Below are positions 23,720 through 35,814 of a stretch of 38,730 nt of DNA, one piece after another (the stretch's first letter is position 1; each line of letters begins with the position of its first letter). The position numbers and the translations under genes were made by a program. The stretch is from Convolutriloba macropyga. Taxonomy: Eukaryota. The notes under the pieces are model-generated. The model was not told the DNA's origin and did no database searches. It saw only the letters and a program-made list of their open reading frames with translations. Location: the NCBI RefSeq assembly GCF_964194025.1, contig NC_134473.1, positions 29,227,271-29,266,000 of the forward strand. Direction: 5' to 3'.

Positions 23720-25312
23720 TAAAAATTAATTTTAAAACAAAACTTTGGTTAAAATTCCATAAACATCTTGTCCGAAGTCAGAGAATCCAATGTTTAATTC
23801 CACACAAATTCAAACAATCGAGCACATCATGAACTCATCAAAGGGCACTGAAACTGCAAAAACAAAAGGAGAGTTGTAATTTCACTAACTGGTTCTACGT
23901 TGTAAAATCCAGCTTAAAGTGTTTCTTTGTTTTCAGCAAGAACAGTCATCAACTAGTTTTCCCTAATTTTTTCCTATTTGCCAGCTTGACAAGAGTTACA
24001 GACTTTGGAATAAAACCCAAATAACTTCATTGACAGCCTTCACATCGACGGAGTCTACAGTCTATGTTGTCGACAATCGTCAAAAGAACTTACATTTTGA
24101 TTGCTACGATGAAACCTAATAATTACTTTCACCTATCCTGGTCATTCAACAGCACATTATTCGAATTAGAACCGATCAAAATCAAATATGATGAAAAGTT
24201 TTGCACGATCACCAATTTTTACCTGCCAACTTGGTTTATGGGTCGCCCCGGAAATGTGTACTACAAGTTTATACTGACAAAAACAGGAATGCAAAACATC
24301 CTCAATTATGACATAAGATGATCTCTACAGCTTGGGCGAATAAAAAAATTCTAAGAATTTCGGAATGGCAATAGAAGAATAATGTAAATTTGATTTTCGA
24401 AATCTTTATAAAACAAACAAGAGCATTAACTTTTACCCTTATATCGGCGGCCCGAAGTATTCAAGCGCAATCTTGATTTAGTTTAATTTCATTATTCGTT
24501 TTGATTGATTGATGACTTCTGATTCAATTTTATTTGTAAAATCTATGGGTTTTATGTTTTACCCACTTGTGCAACCTAGCAATTCATTGTAATCGAGAAA
24601 TATCTTGTGAATAAGTAGTAAACACCCTGGATCACACATTTGTAGGTGCAAAGGCTGCATCATTACAAGCTGATCACAATGCTGGGCAACTGATCATTGA
24701 CCACTATGCTGCTGAAGTGCACCTTAGTTTACTAGAAAAATCTCTTTTTCAAAAAAAATGGTTTCTGCCAGTACTAAAACGGACTTTGATATAGGTTCTG
24801 GTGAGCATAATTTCATTTCGAGGCATAACTACAAGAATATGACATATATGAGAGATAGATAAGAAATTCGCTGCAAATTACGTAACTTTGCGAATGTTAC
24901 GGAGAATATATATTTTTGTATTTTATGTAAATTGGTGCAAGTCTATGTAAATCTTTGCAGTTCATGTCATATATGTTATTCAACCGATTAAATTGTTGTA
25001 AATTTTAACAAAGTCAGCAAACTGTTCACTAAATTATGTAACTTCACCGCAAAGTTGAAGATGAAGTTACATAAATTTACAGCAATTACCTCAATTACGA
25101 GCGTCTACCGGTACCAAACCTTAGCGTGAATTTTTCCCTTTTTTACCATATTTAACTATTTCTATGTTAATACATAGTACTTGTGAAACTTACTTACAAT
25201 TTTAAATACTTTTTTGCGGATGTGCATTCCGCAAGGAATCGTTTGGCAGATTTATTGCAACCCCCAAATTCTTAAAATTAATGATTATCTTAAAAATTAA
25301 ACTTCAGTAAAT
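23720..25312. repeat. Right arm of the long inverted repeat
   Basis: Collinear reverse complement of 20595-22170 with indels. Confidence 0.9.
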
Positions 25313-25352
25313 TTGGTTAATTTCCCAATGACATGTGATCATCCAATTACAG

Positions 25353-25859
25353 CCCGGGTCGAGACCGAATGGTTAACTTGTAAGAACTTGCAAGTTTCTT
25401 GCGAAAGATGGTTAACTTGTAAGAACTTGCAAGCTTCTTGCGAAAGATGGTTAACTTGTAAGAACTTGCGAGTCGAATTGTTAACTTCAGTCCAAACTGA
25501 TAAACACATTAAAAAAGGCATTTATGATTGATTTGATATTGGAAGTTTGCCAGTTATATTATAGCTGAACAAAATAAGGAAGCATCAAAAAGAAGAGGAA
25601 GATGGAAAAACTTCTTTCCTGATGCTATAGATTAATATTTTTCAGATGTTTTTTGTTCCTTTTCCGATGCGCAGAATATGTGTGAATTCATGTCTTGAGA
25701 CGTTTTATTGTTTTTTTTCCTACAGCATAGGCAGAATCTTTGTATTGTAAGCACTGACAAGTTTTTGGCAGAAAAACTTGCAAGGCGATGCATCGCCTTG
25801 TAAGTTTCTGCCAGAAACTTGCAAGTTCTTACAAATTAACCATTCGACCTCGACCCGGG
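25353..25859. mobile_element. Non-autonomous CACTA/EnSpm(CMC)-like DNA transposon B (507 bp)
   Basis: 47-bp TIR with 3 mismatches starting CCCGGGTCGAG, AG on both flanks, 39-bp subterminal repeats at 25369, 25408 and 25447 containing the palindrome AACTTGCAAGTT. Confidence 0.88.
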
Positions 25860-27349
25860 AGTTGAGAAAATGTAATACTTATGGAAGCCTTATTTTTTAT
25901 TATTCTGTTAATGTTTCTTTTGATGTGGATTCAAAAAAAGTGTATTTCATCCCTAATAAAGTTTTTCGCTTTAATTTGAGATCCGTAAATGTGAACGACG
26001 TTCGGTAAAGTTGTATAAACAGACAGCACTTCACTAAGATTTACATAGTATTGGTATCCTGTTAAATGACATCCCGATTTAAAGGGCTTTTTTCGAGAAA
26101 TTCTGTTGTTAGTGAGACAAATGGAGTTTTCTGGGTGACAATAGTTTCCTCCCATATTTAGAGTAGAGGTTTGTACGTGCCTTAAAAATTGAAATTGAAA
26201 AAAAGTCAGTCTCTTTTCTGAAATATGTAAGCGAAAAATAAAAGTGTGCATCAAGTGAATCAGATTTTTTCATAAGCGTTGTTGACTCGTCTCATGATGA
26301 ATAACTAGCAATCCATAATTTTTTTTCAGAAATTCAGGTTTCTGTATGAAGTTTTTGGTTTTCATATCAAAGATGTTGAAAAAAAAAATATAGCTTGAGA
26401 AGTAAAATGGGATAGATTATAGTTTGTTATAACGGCATAGAGCCTGTGGTTGATTAAAGATTTGGAAAATAGCTTTTAGATCATTTAACGAGTGAAGTTA
26501 TGTAACAATCTTTTTTACTGTATTATTTCACAAATATTTTAAAATCAAATCTGTTTCAAATGTACTTCATGATATGAACAAGCAGGAGTACAATGGGCTC
26601 ATAATTACTCTGTGCAGTTGAAACAGTTCAACAGATGTAGAATGGAATTGCAGTTGCTGGTAGATCAAGGTTAAATTTCCAGTTAGCAATTGTGCTTACG
26701 ATTCGCATACAAGACTTATAAACGTTACATGTGCATATTCTAATCTTTAGACTTGCATTCAATTTATGTCACAAACAAATTTGCTATTTGAGTCAAAAAT
26801 CAAAGTTCGGTCAAGATCACCATCCACTGAAGTCGTATAGCTACTGCACTTTGCAGTTTTGTATTTGTTTTCTTTCGGGTTCCTATCACCGAGAATTACT
26901 TTAATGTTTTGCATTTATATTGCTTGAGCTAAAAGTAATCGCAAAAATGGAAAAATGATTGTTGAGTAGGGCTGAACATAGCTGTTTTCAAATTCACTTT
27001 ATGATTTCCATGATTGAGAGTAGCTCAAGCACCGTTTGTAGAAATGATTTAGGGCAATTTTTACAAGTTTATTTTTTTGATAAGAAAGTACTGTTTGTGT
27101 GCAATTGTTTTTGTTTAAACAGTGTCACTTTTAAAATGATCAAAATGCTAATTTCATACTATTAAAATCAACTTTTACTCATCTTCCCAAGTTTTCATAC
27201 TCTTTCTTTACCAGATCCAATATTTATAAAAAATTTGAGTTGGCGGTTTGATTTAAGGAAATAAAATGGGCTATATTTTCCAATGGATGTTAGAAAATCT
27301 GGGCAAGACCCATGTTGCTTGTTTTATTCAAAGTTCATTGGAGCTTATG

Positions 27350-30300
27350 TCTAGAGCGGATGTCTAAATAGCAGCTGTGTGCGTTCTAATCTTTCTATTT
27401 TGGCTTTGCTGTAAATTTTTACAGCGTTTTATTGATCATTCTTGAGCAAAAGAGCATTTATAGCCATTGATTACAAGTTTTTTTAGTGGTTACTACCTAT
27501 TTTTTTGTTTTATTTTACAATAATGGATACTGTGCTTGATGAGGAGACTACAGGAGCGAAGAGGCTGTGAAAGTTGGAGCAATTGTAAGGCCCTTAGAGG
27601 TTAGAATGGCCAAAAAACTGTCTCAGACGACAAAAAGTTTGAAGAACTTTCTAAATTTGCCGAGGAGATAGAAGGCAGAATTAGAGAGCAGGAAAAAGAC
27701 AGCAGCAAGAACAAAATTATAATCGGAAAACCCCCTTTTGACCCGGAAGACGAACGAAAATTTTTCGAAAACTTGAGAGAGTTTTTCAAAACATTTCTGC
27801 ACTTTGATATTGAGGAGCAACTAGTTGAAGCTGTTCATATTTTGGCGACCAAATGTGAATTACCAGGTAGTCTTATGCAATCAGTGATTGTAAAGTTCCT
27901 GTATTTTGAGGACAAAGATGTTGTTTATGCTAAACGAAAATTGCTTAAACCAGATGCGGAGAAAACTATTCTTCTATTAATCCGCTCAATGGAGAACTTA
28001 TCTACATAAATGAGCGGCTTCCACCAGACGAATCCAGCGTCAAGCCTTGTGCGAAGTAATTGAATATGATTACTGCTACTAAGAACTGCAGTGTATCATT
28101 AATGTGTAATGATGTGAAGGATCCTCGCAGGGTGTCTAAAGTTTTCGTACCTTTTAAAAAGATTCCAGATAACGTCTCCTTGAAAGAACCGATAATGAAG
28201 AAAAACATCAGTAGTAACTACAGACATAACTTTTGTGCCTAATGGTAATCCTTTCAAAAGAAACTTTGCTGCAGTGAAGTCAAATGAACAAAGAGCGTTT
28301 GAGATGTGTTCCAGTCTCTCACCTGATAAAAAAGGAAACTCAAAGACACTTTGACTGATGATTTTATTTTTTGAATACCAAGATAATAAGAACTGTTTGA
28401 AATAATTGTGCTAAAAACTGTAATCAATGGAACTCAACTTTTTTGTTCTTTGGTACACGTTTACAAACTCGTGGAATTACTTTATGGTCAAAAGTCCAAT
28501 GAGATAAACTGTTATAAAATTTTTTCGTCAACGTTTGCAAATAATTGTAAAAAAGATTGAAAAATTGATTGCAATTAAAACTTTGAAAGACAGCAAGTAT
28601 TGCTTTTTATACGTAAATATGGCTATGAAGAATATTATAAAGCATATATCATTTGCCGTGGATCTTGGCAAATTGGAGTGGCAATAATTGGACGTTTTTT
28701 TTGAACTACAAAACATTTGATCGTTAGGAGCCAATTATAATGAATTATTGGTCTTTTTAAATTGTAAGAAGTCACTACCAAATTTTTCCAACGAACCAAT
28801 TTTTGCCCAAGATAACTATGGTCTATTCAAAATTTTTATTAAGCAGTGCAAAAGCGGAGGAGGCAATGGAGTTTTGACCTCCAGTAAAAAGCAATGTAAT
28901 TTAATTAGAAGACATCAAAAAAAGTTATACTTACTGACTGTTTCTATAAAAAATTGACGTTCTCCAATGATGATAACAGTTGTATACAAAAGTCCAAATT
29001 GGGATTTTACTAGTCTTAAAGAAGAACTGATAGATCAAAATATTCAAAATATGTCAATCAACCTCAATGAAACATATCCTATGAGGTGATTTGAAAATAG
29101 ACATGTCCAGACCAATTGACAACTTCGCAGATCCTTCATAAGAACTTTGGAGTTAGTCTTTTCAAACTTCAATTTACAGACAAAAGTACTGAAAACCGCC
29201 ATCACAGATCATAACACCATAAAAATAGAGCTGACTGAGTATGCTTATCAAAATTCCGTAGAAATGAAGAACAATCAAACTACGAAACGAAAATAAAAAA
29301 AGTTTTCCAAAGCAAAAAATCAATTGCAAGTTAAGCATGAACTGTTCTGAAGGTTGCTAAATTAGTTAACAGAATACAGGACACTGTTTTTAGATAGCAC
29401 ATTCCAGATACTCATCCCATCAACAACGGAAACTCTCCATGAGTACATTTCTCTGAAAAAAATTGAAAGAAAAAAGAACTCAGAAAACAAGACCACAGCG
29501 AAATCAAAAAAGCAGCAGCAAAAAAAAAAAACGATGCTTTTGGAATCCTAAAGATAAAAAATTTTGGAATCGAATAATAATATTAAATACAAAACAAAGT
29601 ATTTACATCAAAATAATAAGCTTTAAAAAGATAAGAGGCAAAAAAATACCTACTACAATAAGCTTATCGAAACAGAGGACATAGGAGCAAACAAATTGGT
29701 TCAGATAAACAAAAAACTTTAAGATCAAGAACAAAGCCAGCAGATAGCACAGTTTTTAGCTTAACTGAAGCAGATGAGTTGAACAGTTTCTTAATATCAA
29801 TCGGACCTAATTTGACAGCGAGGTTCAACAAAGCATCCAAATTGTCTGGTCTTAAAACATAATGAATTCAGTTGCAGTCAGAGAACTGACCAGCCAAGCA
29901 ATTTTCAACGAAACGAAATAATTGAAGAACAAAAGAAGTTTGGATTACTTCCTCTAAGCTAATTTCTCATTAAAAGCTGTTAACCCCGTACTCTGTGAAA
30001 TACTATAAATACTGTACAACAGGATGATAATAGAATGCAGTTTCCCTGATTTACTTAGAGTGGCTAAATTTGTCCCAGTCTTAAGTCTAGCAAAAAAGCG
30101 ATCCAGGCAACTGGCGACCAAAATCTTGTCTGCCAATATTTGGAAATTTATTCAAAAATATGATTCCAACATTTAATAAGCCTCCTAACCAAAATTAAAG
30201 CCCTCTCGAACGGGAAACTGGGTTTTTTCCTGGTAAACGATCATTTGTAGGTGCTCTAGCAGAGACACTAGAACGCTCGCTAGGATAACAATCGAAAAAT

Positions 30301-31400
30301 GACTGCCCGCTGCACCTTACTTGATTTATTGAAAGCTTTCGACAAAGTTGATAACTATATCCTACTAGCCAAATACTATCGGTACGCCCTTAGGGGACCT
30401 ATCTATAGTCTTCTGAAATTGTATCTAGGGAAACGAATTATTTTTGCAGTTTATAATTCAAAAGAATCCTGCACTCAAGAAATAGAACCCAGTGTAACAC
30501 AAAGAACTCTATTAGGTCCTATGTTTTTTCTCATCTATAGAAATGACCTCAATATACTAAAAAAAAACGATCATATTTTACTGTTTGCCGACGTCACCAA
30601 TATATTCGATAAATTCGCACCAAACGAAATCAGTGAAGACCTCTGATTGACTACCGAATGGATGGAGTCTAACAATTTAACCTTCAGCATTTCAATTGAG
30701 TAAAACAATAATAGAAAGTCAAAGGGCGGCAAGGTAATTAGTAATTATATTTGACAAAGAGCTGTCTTTCCAAATTCATGTGCAATTTATAAAACAGAAC
30801 TGCAACAATTTATATTCATCCTATATCACACGAGAAATTTCCTGAGCGGAAGTTTCCAGCTGAAAATTTATGACAATTCATTCATCCAGTTAGTCAATAT
30901 CGGAGTCTGGTATATGAGTGTGCTAGTAGATCAGTACTCAATATTCTACAAAGACAGCAAAAGTTTTCCTCAGAATTATTATGTTTGCTCCCAAACAAGA
31001 TGAAATAAGAACAACTAGTAAAGAAAACTCGTTATGTTCAATTTTTGAACTTCGTGTCTATGACGTGCTGAAACTTACTACACGAATCCTAAGAAAGTCA
31101 CTCGTCTCTCAAACATCGAATACTAGTATAAAGCAATTGGACACTGATAAGTTTATGCTGTCAGAAAAGAAACTGAAATGTTGCCAATTCCAGAAAAGCA
31201 AACACTTACCAATACAAAAAATTTTCGACCAGAGTTGGATTACTTGGCGACACTTTTGCTAGATTGAACGCAAAAATATTTACAACTTCCCTTCTATTAC
31301 CTGACAAGTATCTTGAATCATATATAGATAATCTAAAAAATATCTACATTATTGATTCCGATCAGCTCTCACAGTTGTTTTTGAATAGAAAGAAAAATTA
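27350..31400 (+). mobile_element. Nearly full-length decayed CR1/L2-like LINE (ORF1 plus APE-RT ORF2 with deletions)
   Basis: APE remnants KSGGGNGV, ITVVYKSPN, ITDHN. RT remnants FPDLLRVAKFVPV, LLDLLKAFDKVDNYILL, TQRTLLGPMFFLIYRNDL, LLFADVT (30299-30646). Confidence 0.85.
27523..28240 (+). pseudogene. Decayed LINE ORF1 (coiled-coil plus RRM-like)
   Basis: IEGRIREQEKDSSKNKIII, EAVHIL, SVIVKFLYFEDKDVVYAKRKLLK, IYINERLP are typical of CR1/L2-type ORF1. Frameshifted. Confidence 0.7.
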
Positions 31401-32069
31401 GAAAACCTATTGTGCAGATCTGATCGAGGTAACAAAAACGCAACAATATTCATTTGATTGGAAGCGAACAAATTTTTTTAATCCACATTATTTTTCCTCG
31501 AGAGGGCTTACTTGTTGTTAAGAACTGGGGCTCCTCAATAAAGATGCAGGGAGTTGCAATTTAAAAAGAAGTTATATTAGGAATTATAGATCAAAGTGGA
31601 AGTAGCTCCAATAGTTTTTTTGTTCAGTTCGTTTTAAATTTCAATCTACTGTGGAGGCCATCAAAGTTTTAAGTTCTATTTGAACTTTTTGGGCAATATT
31701 GTTGATGGCGTAAAAAAATTTGAATTTTTTTCGAGAAGCTATAGTTTATCAAAAATTTACTGGGCTTTAACTAATAAATTGATGTTGCTGTTAGTTTTAC
31801 AGTAAGTATGCATGCAGCATCAATTAGTATTTAAATATTTTTGTACGATGAAATAATCTGATTTTGTCAACTTTTGAGTTGATGTTATTTCAAAAACTGA
31901 AAATTATAAATCTTTTTTCTTACCTTGAAAATAACTCTTTTAACTAAGATTTGTACACTATTTCAATAATTTGTGATTGAATGCATGATACTAAGATGTT
32001 TTGGCAAATGCGAAAAATGATATCCGGTACAAGTGTTGTAGATGTTAGGTTAGAAAACTATTTGACAGT

Positions 32070-32400
32070 CCCGCGTTGAGAGTTTCGTCGTATTCAAACA
32101 TAAGAAATTGTCGGTTTTCGCCGAAACCGATCAAAGCCCTTGCGTTTTTTTTTCGTCGGTTAGATCGGTTTTCGTCGGTATTTAAACCTAAGAAACGTCG
32201 GTTTTCGCCGGTTTAAAAACGTAAGAAGCGCCGGTTTTTGTCGCTTTTACTTCGCCAAAACCGATCAAAGCCCTTACGTTTTTTTTTCGTCGGTTAGATC
32301 GGTTTTCGTCGGTATTTAAACCTAAGAAACGTCGGTTTTCGTCGATTTCAAAACGAAAGAAGCGTCGGTTTTCGTCGGTTTTAAACGTAAGAACCCGGAA
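32070..32400. repeat. CGGTTTTCG-motif array with an about 134-bp direct duplication
   Basis: AAACCGATCAAAGCCCTT..AAACCTAAGAAACGTCGGTTTTCG at about 32124 and 32258, with many GTCGGTTTTCGTCGG motifs. Confidence 0.88.
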
Positions 32401-32630
32401 AACTTTTTTACCTCTATGTATACGTTTTCTTGCCTCTATGCATGACATTTGAGATTTCGATGTTTTTTAGACCCTCAGTTGAAAAAAATAGAATGAAACA
32501 AATGTAGAAGAGACGTAGAACTGTAGCGTATGGCTGATGAAGGATCAGCTGATAAGGATGAAGTGAACTTTGCCAGTTGACGCGTATCCCCTATTTTTGG
32601 TTAAATTTTATAGATAAATTCCATGTGCTT

Positions 32631-33545
32631 CCCGGGTCGAGAAAAAATTGGAAAAGTGTAAGATAACCGAATAAAAGTTAGTTTTTTCACCGCAAACTTC
32701 GTACATAATTTTGCGGTGAAATGCGGTGATTGCGTAAAATTATGTAAGTTCACTGCTAGTGTAAGCGGTGAACTTACAAAAAGTCACCGGATTTCTCCGC
32801 TTACTACAGTTTACCGTCCTTGCACCCATTCGAACCTCTCACCTCCTACATGTCAGCCACTTCTTTTTCCATTGCGCCACTTTTCATTAAAATCTATCAA
32901 AATTGTTTTAAATTCAAATCAAATACGCTCTACTTTTTATAAAACATACGCGTTGAACTTTTATAAGATAAGTGGTCAAATTACAAATTTTAGCGGTGAA
33001 ATGTGCTGATTTTTTTAAGTTCGCCGCTTGCTCTACTGGTGAAATTACATAAATTCACCGCATCAAAAAGTTTCAAAAACATGTATGATTATTCGTTGGT
33101 AAATTTTCCGTGCGTCTATTAATAAATGTATCATAACTTCATTAAACAAAAGACAATTCGAAGCGTTTTCTCAGCGGTGAGTTTATGTAATTTCACCTCA
33201 TTCACTGCTGTTCTCATAAAAATTTAACACTTTTTTCTAGGAGGTGAATTTTTAAAAGTTCACCACTAAGTTCAGCGTTGAATTTATCTAATTTTATCGC
33301 ATTCACCGCTTATCTTTCATAATTTGGACACTTTTTTGAAGTGGTGTGTTTATGTAATTTCACCACTCAAGTCAGCGGTGATTTTAGGTAATTTCACCGC
33401 TACCAGGCGATAAAGGTTTTTTCACCGCATTCACCGCCTGATTTATGTAATTTCACAGCATGCACCGCTTATCTTACAAAAATTTTGCATTCACTGCCTA
33501 TCTTTCATAATTTTGCGTTGAATGGCCGTGACCCCTCGACCCGGG
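32631..33545. mobile_element. Non-autonomous CACTA/EnSpm(CMC)-like DNA transposon C (915 bp)
   Basis: Perfect 11-bp TIR CCCGGGTCGAG / CTCGACCCGGG, TT on both flanks, interior packed with GCGGTGAA / TTCACCGC motifs in both orientations. Confidence 0.88.
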
Positions 33546-33960
33546 TTAGTTCAAACTGTGGAGCCGTACTGCCGGGACGGATTTTGCCTTAGTCTAAGTT
33601 AAAAGCTACTCGAAGTAACCTAATGTTCATTTCTGGAAAATAGCTGTTAATTACTTAGGAAACAATAAAGAAAATAATTTTGTTCAAGAGCAGTCTTATT
33701 GATTAAAGCTAAATTGCATTTTGCCTTCTTCCCAATTAAAAGTTCGAGGGCCTCTCAAGCAGTTATTTAAAAATTAGATTTTCTTTTCTTTGCTTTTTTT
33801 TGTGCTAAGGCACCTGATGATGAAGATTTGTCATCATCTAGTTAAAAAATTATCTTATGGAAAATAAAATTGAACTTGTTTGTTTCAACATCAAAAGCAA
33901 AAGCGGAATACTACCAAATGCAGCCAATTCTAAAGTTACATTTGGTTGATAGAACTTTAT

Positions 33961-34213
33961 CTACAATTTAGTTGCCCAAACCAATATGTTTCCTTTTGCG
34001 TCAAAGTAAGGTGAGTTATTTGAGTCATAGTAGTGAAGTAGTAGCACATCAATGGCGAAGCCACTTCTTTTCAGACAGCCTAGGAGCCATTCTTGAGAAA
34101 CTTTAACTCTTGGATAGCGCACGTCTGGCTTTGATCCATCTGGCACCCAGAAAGTCTCTTCCAAAACCTCCAGCAGAATAAAGGCTCCACCTTTACGCAA
34201 GAGACTGTTGCAT
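33961..34213 (-). CDS. Terminal coding exon of an NNMT/PNMT/TEMT-family SAM-dependent methyltransferase
   Basis: CNSLLRKGGAFILLEVLEETFW..VKVSQEWLLGCLKRSGFAI..DAKGNILVWATKL* parallels NNMT [46 protein letters not shown]. Preceded by TACTAAC branch point, pyrimidine run and AG. 253 bp, with the first base completing a split codon. Confidence 0.85.
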
Positions 34214-34232
34214 CTAAATAAAAGTTAGTAAT
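34214..34232 (-). promoter_or_regulatory. Spliceosomal 3' splice site with consensus branch point
   Basis: Minus strand reads TACTAAC TTTTATTT AG | ATGCAAC. Confidence 0.8.
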
Positions 34233-35814
34233 CATTGCAAAATCTTCTTTGGCAAGTGCTTATGGATGAAATTATAGTTATCAGGCTGTAACAATAAAGT
34301 TGAAAAACTATTTGTATCCATTTATACGTTTTGTATCTAAGTGAATGAAAACAAAATTTCTTGAATTGTTCATATATTAAAAGTCATGATCACAAAAATT
34401 TAAAAAAAAATTACTTACACTCAGTCGTTGTGTGAGCAGGAGCAGTAAAAGGAATTTTTTTCATTGAAGAGGACAGTAAAATTGATTGCCCGCAATTCAA
34501 TTGAGTTTTTTAAAACAAGGAGGCTCGGTAATGTGTGTTTGCACATAATTTTGTGAACCAACGCAGCCACTTTTTTTACTTAATTGTCTACCATGAAGAA
34601 GAGGAGAAAACATTTCAAATATTAAAATTTTGATCGAAAAGATAATGATAAATTTATTTTAAAAAACGTTTTAAACTCAAACTGAAAGATAAATTCAGCC
34701 TCATTAGAGGCCGATGATACCTGCCTGCCACTAATGAGACTAAAACACAAGACTCAGGAGCAAAATTAAATAAAACAACAAGCAATAATTACGATCAAAA
34801 CTCAATGTCAATTTATTTTTTCTTAGATTAAAACATTAAAATAAAATTACAGTAGCGTCACAAAAAAAACAAAAAAACGAATTAACTTACCTTTCACCAG
34901 AAATTTTACATTTAACCAAAATTTTTGAAAAAAATTATTTCCATTGAAACCTTTAAACTCATGTTAACCGTTAACAACCGTGAGACCGTTAACAACCAAC
35001 AAAAACTATTAATTATCTTCATTTATGCCTCGACCGGAAACCATTCAAACTTGGCATCATCCAGAATGTCAAACAAATACAAAAAGAATGAGTACTGAAA
35101 ATTTTAACAATCAATTAAATGTAGAGAAAATGGTGTCAAACCCGTTAAAATCAAAGTCTATTCATTAAGAACAAAAGCAAACTTTTAAAATTGCAGACTG
35201 TTTTAGCATCATATATGTGATTTGGTACTGGTTATTAATGTACAATGAATGTGCATTCAGCACAAAAGATCATAATTTTTTTTTGCAAAATGGGAAATTG
35301 TTCTAAAAATGAAAAAAGTTGGGGGAAAACTCGAAGTATCCAAGCAAACAACAGTTTTTCAAAAGACGAAAAAGCTATGAAGAATGCATGTAATTCATTT
35401 GAAAGATTCATTTAGATGTGACCAATTATTGGTTGAAACGACGCTACAACGTGACGGAAACAAGATAAAAATAATAAAGCTCAAAAAATACTTAATCTTT
35501 TTATAACATTTTTGTTGAAAAACAAGGCATGCCAACCATGACTTGCCCACGAGAAAATATAATTTAACCATCTGATAACTGCCGCGAACTGTCATCATTA
35601 CAGTTGTTATTATTGAGGCTAAAACAAGCGTATACAAATTAACATCGAATACAAGCGGAACTTAAATTTATAAGATCAATTTTTACTCAAAGACAGCGTT
35701 GAGGCCCAAAAATCAGAATTTCTTTGCTGATATATTGTTTTCTGTGCAATGGCCTTTTTTTTGCAAACACATTGCATCTGTCAATAACTGAGATCTATTT
35801 TTCAATTATTCTTG

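Noticed and set aside
20595-25312. Arms as LTRs of the BEL/Pao relic
   Set aside because: They are inverted rather than direct, and overlap the host tandem duplication.
25369-25480. 39-bp palindromic repeats resembling a CRISPR array (likewise 11725-12050)
   Set aside because: Head-to-tail with no unique spacers, no cas genes, eukaryotic context, and located inside TIR elements.
32188-32448. 86-aa ORF with repeated DENRRF
   Set aside because: Translation of the CGGTTTTCGTC DNA array.
33814-33840. CTGATGA followed by a small hairpin
   Set aside because: Lacks the GAAA half of the hammerhead core.
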